64,000 nt of DNA, taken from NCBI RefSeq assembly GCF_006345805.1, contig NC_042997.1:128278001-128342000 (forward strand), given 5' to 3'. The notes beneath the pieces were generated by a model that was given only the letters and a program-made list of their open reading frames with translations, was not told the DNA's origin and ran no database searches. Each line of letters begins with the position of its first letter. The first letter of the stretch is position 1. Source of the DNA: Octopus sinensis. Lineage: Eukaryota. The position numbers and the translations under genes were made by a program. Positions 22,305 through 34,831 of the stretch are shown one piece after another.

Positions 22305-22865
22305 ACTAAACATGGATGTTTTATTAGAACATTGAATACTGTTATTTACCTTGAGAGGACCTCTCATATAGATGCATGGTGCATAAAAGTACACGTATCT
22401 ATATCATTGGCAGACCAGAATCATCTGCTGTGAGTGCTGGAACTGCTAGATCATGTAATTTCAATGTAGCCTGTCTGTTTAGTGGCAGATATCTGGTAGC
22501 CACATATCGGCCAAATCTCATTCTCAATGATACATATAGTATATCAGTGATTTTTCAAGCACTGATGTTTCAAATAGCCAGCAGGCTTATTTTAAAATAA
22601 TAATTATTTGAAAATTCACTGAAATTCTATATATTGTTGGGCAATGAGATTCAGTTGGTATGTGGCTGCCACTGAGGATGTTTACCACTGAGGAGACAGC
22701 ATATGTCAAAATTATGTGATTTGGCAGTTATGGTTCCCATAGCAGATGATTCTCATCTGCCAATGAGAATGTGTGCTTTTATGCAACATGTGTCCATGTC
22801 AGAGGTCCTCTTAAGGTAAATAACACAGTATTCTGTGTTCTAACAAAACATCCATGTTAAGCTGG
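22305..22865. mobile_element. Foldback / long-TIR MITE-like palindrome
   Basis: About 230 bp arms align in inverted orientation (aacatggatgtttt.ttagaaca..gaatactg..ttatttacctt.agaggacctc...cattggcaga..agaatcatctgct...gccacata). The spacer is about 100 bp. Confidence 0.8.
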
Positions 22866-23319
22866 ATGTACCAGTTAAAACTATCTTTTGCCCTTCTTGA
22901 AGGGATGGTAAACCAGGAATCATTCTCAAGTAATTTTCAGCTCTATTTTTGATCATTCCTAGTGCTCCTATAATCTCTGGTATTGTACCCACCTTGAGAT
23001 ACCACATTTAAAAAAAATTTCAATGAGCAAATCTTTATATTTTCTGAGCTTGACAAATACTTTTGCTGTAATATTAGGATCACAAGGGATACTTATGTCA
23101 ATGAAAAAACTGACTTTATCATCATCATCATCATCTTACTAGAAACATTCATGTTCATCATAGTACTTTTAAATTATTAAGGTTAAAAAAAAAACAGAAA
23201 TCAGGAATCAGGAAACCAGGCCTGATTACAATATTCAATTAACCAAGTTTGTCAAACAGTTTTGTGTTCTTTCTAATTAGAAGTGTTTGAGAGTTTTGCT
23301 TCTTGATTTTATATTTTTT

Positions 23320-23710
23320 ATAAACTTTTAAATATCTTTTGTTGACTTCTGAATATCTTCTTTTGTTGTCATTTAACTATATTTTGTTGTCACCAAGATA
23401 TATACTTTTTGACTAAATATCATTTGTTGTCTTCTAAATATATTTTCTTGACTTCTAAGTAATTTGTAAACTTCTAAATGTCTTTTGTTGCCCTACAAAT
23501 ATCTTTTGTTAACTTGTAAACTCATTTATGCTCATTTCTGAATATCTTTTTACGTTAATTCAGATAACTGTTAGTGTCATCAAAATATATTTTTGCTAAC
23601 TTCTCAATATATTTTACTAACTTATAAATATCTTCTGTTGGTATTTATATATTTTCTTGTCATTTAAATACATTTTGTTGTCACCAAAATATGTATTTTG
23701 TTAAATTTTA
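23320..23710. repeat. Degenerate ~21-bp minisatellite (cttctaaatat.ttttgttga)
   Basis: The motif 'aaatat(c/a)ttttgtt' recurs at about 21 bp period. Confidence 0.8.
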
Positions 23711-26700
23711 GAGTAGTTGCTTGCTTTTTTGAAGTGAATTGTGTGTGTGTTTTGTGTGTGTATGCATGTAGTGTTGTGAATGTGTGTGTGTGTTGTGAAT
23801 GTATGTGCTGTGTTTGTGTGTTTTGTATTTCCATATGACATGTTTTATGTTCTGTCGTGTAGAGTAAGTTGTATGTGTTATGGTGTTGTGCATGTGTGTG
23901 TGTGTGTTGCAGCTAAAAAATATCAGAAGTAGATGAAAATAGTAGTGGTGTGGGGTAGTTAGAGTATGCTATATAAAGTAGGTCAAAAAATATTTTTGCC
24001 TATTTTCTTATGAACTAATAAAATAACCAGTTCCCCACTCCATTATTTCAACCACTCTTTTTTGGAGAATTTGTCATAAATGTCAAAGTTTAAAAGCAAG
24101 CATTAAAATTAAATATTAAATTAAGAACTATGTTCCACCAGTTGACCCTCATACATTCATCTCATAGTATGAAAGTATGTAACAAATAGCCTGAACTAAC
24201 AGTCACTCACTCAATTAGCTGACATCTTCCTTTGTTTCAAAGAATCTGCCCTTGTTGGTTAGTACTTGTTCTAGATCTTACATTCCTATATCCAAGTGTC
24301 TTTTAGAGCACTAAATGACTTTTAAGATCAAATACATGGTATTGCACAATATAAAGCTGTGCTTCAAAGCTGAACTGAGTTTGGCCTCACAGTTTCACTG
24401 TCCTAGCAAATTAGAATGTTTTGTAGCATTGAAATCTCTGAAATGGTTACTAGGGAAATATTCCATACAGATTAATCTTTGTAACTTTTGTTGAGACCTT
24501 GTTTAGTGAAGAGATGTGTGGAAGTTACAGGACCAACAACATCCATTTTCTTGTAGAAATGAAGTTGACTTAATCATTTTCCTTTCAAATTAGTTGATTG
24601 ATCAGTAATTTGACCTTTAAAACTCTTCAGTACAGTTAAGATGTTAACTTCTTAGTGACAGCAAGTCAGGGGAGAAAAGAGTATTTTCACAGCCACAGTA
24701 ATATTATGTGATTGTCTGCATCTGGTGGATATTGGATATTTAATACATCTTTATATCTCTAGCAGCCCTTTAACATTGAAATCTGTATTAAAATACTGTG
24801 AAAACGAGGAAGAATGGGGCAAGAAGGAAAGGAATAGAGAGAAAGAGTGTATTCTTTGACAATCTTCTTCCCAAAGGATCTTTTTAAATAACTCAAATTT
24901 TTAGGAATTTTAAAGTATTTCTCCAGTAGTACAAATGGTTCCATATTTAATAAACATAACTGTTTCTCTATAGGTAGCTAGTTTAACATGCCCACCTGGT
25001 TTAACACCACTACATGTTCCTCAAGTGTCCTTAGCACAGAGTTCACTCTGTTGTAAACCCATGTTTTCATGCATATGTTCAAGCTGGGCATCACCTGCAT
25101 TAATCTTTTCCATCAGTCTATGAGGAGAACCTACCAAGGCCATGGTCACTGCCCTCTTTTCCTTGACTAGCTTATAAAAAATATAACGCAATAGCTACAC
25201 AAAATAATCTATATTAGATTGCCTTAAGGAGACAGAATATTTTATTTACTGAAGGATTCTGTTTGCCATATATTAGATATTTCCTCTCTTAACATATCTC
25301 ATATTTTCATATTACTCTTTTGCCTTTTGCCTATGTAAACTATTGCTAATCTCATAGAATTCTAGTGTTTATATTTTGGTTCTAAAATATACTGATTTCT
25401 CCATGGGAATTTAAATGATTATATGTTTTATAAACATAGTAAGTCAGCTGGGATATAGCTTTTGAGAGAGAAAAAAAATGTGACTGTCTCTTTATAAAGA
25501 GGTTTACAAGATTTTGTTAGATATGTCTTTTTTATTTGATTTTTATTTCCAATTTAAAGCCTAGATTGCTACATTATACATTCTTGTGTGTCATTTTATA
25601 TTGGATTCCAATGTGTTATTATAGATAGGTTGATGGTGCCAAGTTTAAAAGCGCAACAAGGTCAGCCAAAATGTATTCCATCATTCCAGAGTTAGTAAAA
25701 ATAATATTAGAATACATTGTCAGCTTATTGAAAGATAAAATGTTCAGACGCTCTTTGAGGCTGGACAATGATAAAGCAAGCATTTCCTTATAGCTACACT
25801 AAAACTAGGTTTGGTAATAACTTCAATACCAATATGATGTAGGTGCCTTTTTTATGTATAACTACAGTTCTATCCGTATGTTTGATACACCTATATGTAG
25901 CCTCAATGTTATAAATCTTTAACCACTTTAGAATGAAGATCAAGCCAACTAGTTTTGTCTTTCAGTAAACTCTCATCAGACATCATTTACAAATCTCCTA
26001 CATGATGTCAACATTAAGAAGTGTAGAGCTACTAAGAAAAAATGTCAACAAGATTGTAACTCAGTTTACATAATGGTACAAGGTTTACTGCTAGGCTTTA
26101 ATAACATTGAGTATGGACACAGCATGGGTTATGAATAAATGTGTATATAGAATTATATTTATACACATGTGCATGAGTCCATTACCATTTTGAACTGTTC
26201 TCCCCACCCCATCCATACATTAATCTACACACACATACACACAGAGTTAGTTATTTCCTTCAAACTTTCCCATCCTCTTTGTCCCATGACCTCTATTACA
26301 ATTTACCATGGTTCCTTTAAAAGGATATTTTGATACCAACTGCTTAAATGAAAAGACAGGTGCTTGCTTATGTTCTTTGTGTCATATCTATTTTCCCTCC
26401 CCACCCCACCTGCTAAATGGTGAAACTAGCTGAAACCCTAAAGTTGACACCACCAGCCCATGTCAAAAATGATTCTACAGATGTAATGCCATCTTCATAG
26501 TTATGCACGCATGAAAATTAGTCTGCAGCAGATCTGGTTCCAGTTTCTGAATGTCTGACATCTTTTTCTCCAACTGTTTCTATGGTGAAGCAATCAAACT
26601 TATTCCTGGAAAATAAATATGCATTTATTTTTCACACCATCACACCACTGATCCATTTAGTTCACTACTTTCACTCATCAGCTTTATTGATAATTAAATT

Positions 26701-26764
26701 TGTTTTCTCCTAACTTCTTTATTTATCATTGTTGATTTTGTAAACTAAATTACACACACACACA

Positions 26765-26809
<45 letters not shown>

Positions 26810-26917
26810 GTTGAGTTTGTCTGAAGAAGCAGTTGTATAGCACATAAACACCAAGCTAACAGGCCTCTGGATTAGCATATACATGAAAAAATCTTATAAA
26901 AGATACCTTAAATTAAA

Positions 26918-27312
26918 TATGGTAAGAAGCTTGCTTCCCAACCACATGGCTCTGGGTTCAGTCCTGCTGCATCACACCTTGGGCAAGTGTCTTCTACTAT
27001 AGCCTTGGGCTGACCAAAGCTTTGTGAGTGGATTTGGTAGACAGAAACTGAAAGAAGCCCATCGTATATGTATATACCCATGTGTGCATGTGTTTGTGTC
27101 TTTGTCCCTCCATCACTGCTTGACAACCAGTATTGATGTGTTTACATCCCTGTAACTTAGCTGTTTGGAAAAAGAGACCGATAGAATAAGTACTAGGCTT
27201 AAAGATAAAAAAATAATCCTGGGGTTGATTTGTTTGACTAAAAGTTCTTCAAGATGGCGCTCCAGCATGGCTGCAGTCAAATGACCGAAACAAGTAAAGA
27301 AATAAAAGAAAT
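26918..27312 (+). mobile_element. SINE family A, near full length
   Basis: tRNA-like head, 'gggcaagtgtcttctactatagcc', internal TG/TA tract and tail 'gactgcagtcaaatgaccgaaacaagtaaag'-type sequence. Confidence 0.9.
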
Positions 27313-27589
27313 ATCTTACATTCTTACATGATCTATCCCACATTAAATATATCCTTTCTTAATTTATCTACAATAAGAACAGCATCCAAGTGTTTCTACT
27401 ATGGCACTCTTGCTTCCCTTTCCCACCCATTTTTTTCTTCTGTTATTGATCTTTTTTTCTAAATACCTCCTCATCCATATAACCCTGACTCACCAAACAA
27501 ATCATAGTAGTGAGGAAGACTGTCTAAGCTGATAGAGTTGATACCACTCTAAAATCAACTCATGATACTTTGTAAAGTAGTTGGTGAAC

Positions 27590-27875
27590 AAGCAGGTATG
27601 TTGGGGTTAAGAACACCCTTTTGTCTTGTCATCAATATTGCTTCTCTGATGCTAGTGCCATGATAAAATTCTCCTAGTACACTCTGATATGTGGTTGACA
27701 ACAGGAAAGGCATCAAGCTGTAGTAACCAAGTCAAAATTGAAATGTAAAAGAGACATGTTCTTCCAATCCATCTAGGAGGACAGTAACTTTGAATATGAA
27801 TTTACTCAAACCATAATGATTTGTTCATCCCATACCAGCATAAAAAAATGGATATAAAGTGGTGGTGGTGGTGGC
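27590..27875 (+). mobile_element. SINE family C, old
   Basis: 'caggaaaggcatcaagctgtag' and tail 'cccataccagcataaaaaaatggatataaagtggtggtgg'. Confidence 0.65.
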
Positions 27876-28955
27876 TCATGATACTTATCCTATATTAAAT
27901 ATTTCGATCTAATATTTCTTGAATTGACTTGCATCAGGTAAGATGGTGATTATGCAACATATCTTGTTTATTAAAGGACTTGAATATCACTGATCCATCA
28001 TTGTCTTTCAAAGCTCAAACATAGTAACTGGTATCACAAGAATAGTGATCATTGGGCTTTACACACTTACCCACCTTTATTTACAGTGCTAAGAATATTG
28101 GTTCAGACATTCCATCCAAAGAAAATTGGAAGATATTAGTATCAGTTGACTAAATCAAACCTAATACATAACTGGTACTACTTTAATATTCTGTATTGAA
28201 TATCTTATCTTAAAAGTTCTATATTTAAACATTAGTATCCTAATTATTCACCTCTATTTGAACTTCTTGAGACTCATAAAATTTATATCCACTTAATTTG
28301 TTCCAAATTTGACTTGAGTGAAGGAATGACAATAGAATATTTCAGTTATTGAAATAATCATTTCTAATTGGAGACAAAAAGAAGCTCTAGTGAAAAATGC
28401 TATTTCTATTATGTACGATTATTTGACTTTTTTCTTTTATGCTTTTTATCTGTTAATATGGAATCTCTTCCAACCAATTTTGTTAAGTGATACTTTTCTG
28501 AACACTTCAGGGCAATTCTTATCAGTTAAAAAAAAAAAGAATATATTCAACAGCTAACTTGGTTCAGACCAGCTTATTGTGTCTGGAAAACCTCTCAGCA
28601 AAAGATATGTGGTTTTATATCAGGTATTAAAAGAGATTATAATAATAACTTGGTAGTGGATGGTGGTGGGTGCTGATGGAGAAATTGCCACAATAAATAT
28701 ATATTGTTAAAAAGAAAAACAAAAAAGTCAATATTAAGAACCCTTGAAGATTTATAATCTTAGAAATCTGTGATCTTGAAACAAGTGCTTACAACTGATT
28801 GAGCTGTAAGGGGTGGGTGGTAAATTAGATATCTTTTTATTCCTTCCGTCTCTCTCTTGATATTTTATTTTGTTTTACTATTATTATTTTTTTCTATTAG
28901 TAAATGTTATATTTTGGAATATTCCTACCCTCACATGTTATTTTCCTTTTTGCAG

Positions 28956-28982
28956 TTTTAAAACACTCTATTGTTATTATAC
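28956..28982 (+). other. Candidate 27-nt microexon
   Basis: 'ccctcac...ttattttcctttttgcag|TTTTAAAACACTCTATTGTTATTATAC|gtaaga'. Length is a multiple of 3 and it is open in phases 1 and 2. Confidence 0.3.
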
Positions 28983-29704
28983 GTAAGATAAAAGATTGCT
29001 GATCATATATAGAATTGGTTGTATTCAGAAGAATTTCTACTATCTCAGATAATATAGCAACTGGAAAGATGAATGCTTGAACAGAACAGTGAATGAGTTT
29101 ATAAGTGTCTCTTAACTATAATTCTATGATATGAAGTACTAGTAAAGATTTTATTTCATATTTTGATCCATTTGGTCCTGAGTTTTGAAGTAATATATAT
29201 TTTACTTTGCTTCAGAGAATAGCTATATAAAGAATTTATCTATTTTGATAATGGTTCAATTTACAAAGACCATAAAGAGGTGTGTGAATATGTCTGCATG
29301 TGAATATTTGTGTCTCTTTGTACCTGTGTATATGGTTGTATCTGCATGCTTATTTGAATTACTAAAAATATCTGTGTTTGCATGTTTGTGTCTGTGAGTG
29401 ACTGAGTTGGTATGTATTTGTATGAGAACATTGTATATGTATGAGAATATCTGTATGTGTGTTTATACTTTTATGTCTGCATGCGTGTGTGTGTGTGTGT
29501 GTGCAGGAGTGCATGTTTATATGTGTGGAGTATATGTGAACGCATGTGTATATGTGTTTATGAGTATGTATGCATGCTTGTGTGAGTGTGTGCGTGTATG
29601 TTCAGAAATAGATGCAGATGGTATTATAATGTAGTACAACTTTCACTTTGCTTATCTGAATTGTTTTATTGTTGAAGTTAGTTGATGTAAATAGTTTTGT
29701 GTAG

Positions 29705-30050
29705 GTAGCCTCTCCATGTGGTATATATCCTCTCCACATGACACTAAGCCTCTCCAGCTTAACATATAGTCTCTCCTGCTAATGACATCTAGTTTCTACT
29801 GCTGATAACTTACCCCATGTCACATAATTTATCCATGAGATGTTCTAACCCCTCCTCATGACATTTAACCTCTCCATATGATACCTAGCTTCTTCATGTG
29901 ACATCCAGCCTTTCCAGATGTCATCTAACCTCTCTACGTAACTGACATACTAGCCTCTCCACATAACACTAGGCTTCTCCAAATGATGTTCAACAATTCT
30001 AGATGACACCCAACTTTTCCATTTGATATTTAACCTCTTCAGGATGACAT
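29705..30050. repeat. Degenerate ~20-bp minisatellite (tgacatctagcctctccaca)
   Basis: 'agcctctcc/aacctctcc...tgaca' recurs more than a dozen times. Confidence 0.8.
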
Positions 30051-30189
30051 CCTGGTTAACAACCAGAAAAAACTTTTCTAAGAACTTTATATGAATTGTA
30101 TTATTTGCAACTATTATTTGGATCATTCCTCCTATGATGTATTGTTTGTTATATGATTTTAGCTGGCTGTTTTGATTTTGGATGAGATT

Positions 30190-30861
30190 GTTTGATATGG
30201 ACCTTGGGGTCCATATAAAATTTTTTTGTTAAATTCAACTTATGATGAAAGTAAACAAGCAAAGTTTGCTTTAGAAGTGTTGAGATGTATTGAAAGATAC
30301 AGAAATAATTTATTCTCAAATGCATGATAATGCTAATACAATAGCATGAACAAGTTAAACTATCCATATATTGCAGAAAAAATCGTTACCAGCCAAACAT
30401 GAGACACGAACTCGTATCCCTATTATTATGTGTCAAGTACTTTAACTTTAAGCTAAACTGCCTAGTAACGAATTGTTCTGCAATTTTAGGATTTATAAAT
30501 CTAGCTTTATAAGACACTAATGTTAAATTCAACTTATGATGAAAGTAAACAAAGTTTGCTTTAGAAGCATTGAGATGTATTGAAAGATACAAAAATAATT
30601 TATTCACAAATGCATGATAATGCTAATACAATAGCATGAACAGGTTAAACTATCCATATATTGCAGAAAAAATCGTTATGTGCAATAAGTTGCTTATACT
30701 TCTAGCACCAAATATCATAACAATTTTTTGTGCAATTCCTAATAATGTTAAATTTTAAAATATAATGGGATTTTTTAAAACATCAAATGGCTATGAGGGT
30801 CCACCTAAGTTAAATAGGAATTGAAAGTGTCCATAGTTAAAAAAACAGTTGAGAACCACTG
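30190..30861. mobile_element. hAT-like MITE remnant with internal ~160 bp direct repeat
   Basis: Right end 'gttgagaaccactg' and a 'tatggaccttggggtccata' hairpin. Direct repeat at 30227-30388 and 30521-30678. The left TIR is not clearly found. Confidence 0.5.
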
Positions 30862-30899
30862 CTCTAGATCAAAGACTAGATTATGCTTCTCCATAATCA

Positions 30900-31135
30900 T
30901 AGTTATTCTGACTATGGATGGTCACTCTGTCTCTATGACTTGAAGGTTACTTTGACTCTGGATGATTGCTATTCTTTAGATAGTTACTATGACTATAAGT
31001 GATCTCTATGACACTGGGTGGTTGCTATGTTTGGATGATTGATGTAATTCTGTACAGTCAGTATGACACAAGACGGTAACTATGACTGACTCTAGATAAT
31101 TATGACTTTGGGTGGTTGTTGTGACTCAGGATGGG
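30900..31135. repeat. Degenerate ~20-bp minisatellite (tatgactctggatggttac)
   Basis: Recurrent 'tatgact...ggatg/gggtggtt' units. Confidence 0.65.
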
Positions 31136-31289
31136 AGATATATAAGTTTGCTGCTACCAAAAGTGAACATCCAAACCTGGATCTTCTCTTGTCTTGCTAA
31201 TAACTTCATGAAGGCTATTATAACTGTATCAGCTCTTAATCTAGAAGTAAATAATTATATCATCACCAACTTTATTCATCTTTGAAATA

Positions 31290-31500
31290 ATCGTTTCAAA
31301 TTTTGGCACAGGGCCAACAATTTGTGGGGAGGGGTTAAGTTGATTACATTGACCCCAGTACTTATTTTATCAATTCAAAAGGATGAAAGGAAAAGTGCAC
31401 CTCTGTGGAATTCGAACTCAGAATGTAAAGACATACAAAATGGTGCTAACGATTTTGCCTAGTGTGATGACAGCTCCATCAGTTCGCCATCTGACTCCAC
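31290..31500 (-). mobile_element. SINE family B
   Basis: 'gtacttattttatcaattcaaaaggatgaaagg...ggaattcgaactcagaatgtaaagac' is the reverse complement of the 10965 copy. Confidence 0.8.
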
Positions 31501-32639
31501 TTTGAAATAATGAACATGTAAAAGAAATAGAATAGATCAGCACTCAGTAAATTTTAAATAAACGTTTTTAACTTCCAGCTCTATGATCAAAGCCACTTTG
31601 TCTCTTTGCATATGTAGTACTACATTGGTAAATAAGAGACTAAGTGTAGGATTTATGGGAATCTGGTTGCTATTTCTAGATCAAGCAACTGCATTTAAGC
31701 TTCCTTGAAAGTTATACATTAATATTTTAATATGAAACTTTGATGTATGAAAGTCTACTGTTAAACATTGCTTTATGAAATAAATAAAAGCAAGAAAAGA
31801 CAAGACTTATTATCAAAATTGTTTCATCTTTTTATAAAAATCAAGTATATTAACATACACTTTCAGTTTTGTTTTGATGATTTTAAAGTTTTCAAACAAA
31901 CTGAAATTTGAAAAAATTAACTTATTGTATCTTTTAAACTTCATAAAAAATGTTTATATGCTTAAACAAACTGTCAAACACATATTAAATTAGACAAAAA
32001 ATAAATAAATAAATAAACTTTAGCTATGTGAAATCTTTGTTTTTTAAATGGTAAAATCAGTTTTTCCAATTTACAAATTCCATAGTTGAATTATAAATTA
32101 AACTAATTTTATTTCTTTGGTATATTAGGTTTAGGAAAAAAAAAAAAAGTTACCTTTGAAATAAAAACAGATTTGTCATTTCTTTGTATTGATGCTGTAG
32201 TTTTCGACACTATTGTTTTTAGTAATCTGTCTATTTCTGTCAGACTTTTTTTTTTTCAAGATTTAATGAAGCAGAATGTTGATGTCTTCTGCAATGACAA
32301 CTGTTCTATTATATACTAAAACCTAATCAACTCTGTAACCAGTGACAAGCACACCCTACCCTACCCTACCCCCAAATCTACCGACGCTGTCAAGTTGTCA
32401 CTATAATTATCCTCTTGGAATTGTTAACCATTTCATAAAGGAATGCATGCGCACCTACAGAATACATATCAAAGAGAATAAGGATGGGAGAACATGTTGA
32501 GACTTGAACCCTCACCTCTTTGTTGACATCTTGGTGTCGTTTCCACTTTTATGGTATTTAGATTTAGTTCAACTACTGAGTTGCTAATTTATGAATTTTG
32601 CTTTGATAGTTCTGTATAATGATTTTCTTCTTTTGTTCT

Positions 32640-32830
32640 TTCACTGGTTTCAGTAATTGGACTATGGTCATACTGGTGCTTCGATAATTACGTTGACCTT
32701 AGCACTTCTGTCAACAGCTAGTACTTATTTTATCAATGTTGGAAGGATGAAAGGCAAAGTGGACTTAGATGGGATTTGAACTCAGAATGTAAAAGGATAT
32801 AATCAATTACTGCACTGTATTGATTCTACA
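32640..32830 (-). mobile_element. SINE A-tail / B composite remnant
   Basis: 'gtacttattttatcaatgttggaaggatgaaaggcaaagtggac...gatttgaactcagaatg'. Confidence 0.7.
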
Positions 32831-32984
32831 ATTTAGCTGCCATAGATATATACTGGAGGAGAATTAAACCAATGAGGAAGCCTCTACCTGGTCATTTGTT
32901 AGAAACAGGAACTAAATCATATACTATTGCTTTAAAAAAGGAACATATTAGATTAGTGTTGTTCTAGATAGGTAAAAGCATGAC

Positions 32985-33375
32985 ACTGTGGTTAAGAAGC
33001 TTGCTTTTCAACCACTGTTCAGGTTCAGTCCAGTTATACAGATTATGGATAAGTGTCTTCTACTATAACCCTGGGCCAACCAATCCCTCATAAGTGAATA
33101 TAGTAGATGGAAAATGTGTGGAAGCCCATCATGTGTGTGTGTGTGTGTGTGTGCATGCGTGTGTGTGTGTGCATGCATGTGTGTGTGTTTATATCTGCAT
33201 TTGTAACCCCCAACACTCTATAACTGATGTTGGTTGGTTATGTCCCTACAACTTAGTGGTTCAACAACAGAGACCAATAAAATAAGTACCAGGGTCGATT
33301 TCTTTAATGAAAACTCTTCAATAAGATGCCACAGCATGGCTGCAGTTCAGTGACTGAAACAAGATAAAGATAAAG
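32985..33375 (+). mobile_element. SINE family A
   Basis: Head 'tgtggttaagaagcttgctt', internal (TG)n and tail 'gtgactgaaacaagataaag'. Confidence 0.85.
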
Positions 33376-34799
33376 AAGATACAGATACATTATATCTAGA
33401 AAAGCAGTGATGTTTAGGTTGGAACACTTGTTAACTGGTCAGTCTACATTTGTAGGTGAACTGGGGAGTTGCAAACATAATGTTTTACCTGAATAGTATT
33501 CTTAGCTATTTCAAATGAAGACTGAAACCAAATTAGAAACCTTGTAATGGTATCAGGGGAAATTGAAGATATAGGAAGTTTAAAATTAGCTTCATTGTTT
33601 GTGAATTAAATAGAGGCTAGAGTGATATAAACTTTTGCAATTTTGATCATGGTTAAAAAAAATGAGTGCAGGGTTAATAAGGCAGTATTAGTACAATTTA
33701 CAAATATGGCATATGAAAGACAGACTGTCTTGCTGAATAACTCTACGATGAATTTAATTTAGTCTTAAAAGAGCAGGAATATGAATGAAGAACAAATGTG
33801 AGCATTCAGACAGAATGTGTCACTGATGTCTATGGAACAAAGCTAGCAAGCTAAGAATAGGAACCAAAATTACACAAGTTATAGAAGACAAATTCTGTCA
33901 CAGTTTCTCATTGATGCACACACACAGACACACACACACACTCAGACATCTATATATACACATAAACACATATAGAGACACAGATATACATATATGCTTA
34001 TGTGTGTGTTTATTCATACATGTTGCACAAATGACGTTTCCATACCAATCTCTTTCAATCTTTTTTATTTATTTACCATTCTCGCCCAATTCCATTGAGT
34101 AGATATTCTTCTACAATATTCCACCTGTAGTTATTATATCAATACTACACACAATTTCCTTATTCAGTACAGAATTCTAAGAGATGTATGAAGAAAGGTT
34201 GTGACTTCTTTAATTCAGCTAATATTCTATTAACGAAAGCTAATAAGATCCTTCTTGTAATGGTGAGAATCTTTTGGGAAACTAAAATACTTTAGCTTCA
34301 CAATCTGAACATTTCTTGTTAATAACGATATGTCTCCTCCACTTCACACACTCATTACATATTGAAAAAAAATTTACACTATTGCAAACTATATTGGCAA
34401 TTACGCTGTTTAAATTTGTCTGCTTGTGATTAACGTAACTTCTTGTTATGTGTGTGAGTGTACATGTGTCTGTGTGTATATTTTTGCATTCTGTGCCTGC
34501 TTGTCTGTGTATATGTATGATTCTGTAAGATGTGAGGCTGGGGAATTAGTGGTATTGCTGTTTTTTGTAGTGGAGTGGGAGTGATTGGTAATGTCGATGG
34601 CTATGGTGGGTGTTTGTGGCATGGGTGATCTGTTACTAAACCTCATGTAAATCCTCCAGTGTGTGGACCTATCTGACCCATTGAGAATATTTATTTCAAG
34701 CTATTGATATTGAGAGTAAATCAATGAGTCAAACTATAGTCTCTGTGTCTGAAATAGGATCCTATGAAAGGAAGTAGTAGTAGTAGTAGTAGTAGTAGT

Positions 34800-34831
<32 letters not shown>

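Noticed and set aside
26918-26990. tRNA gene
   Set aside because: A/B-box-like motifs are SINE heads. No cloverleaf forms and they continue into SINE body.
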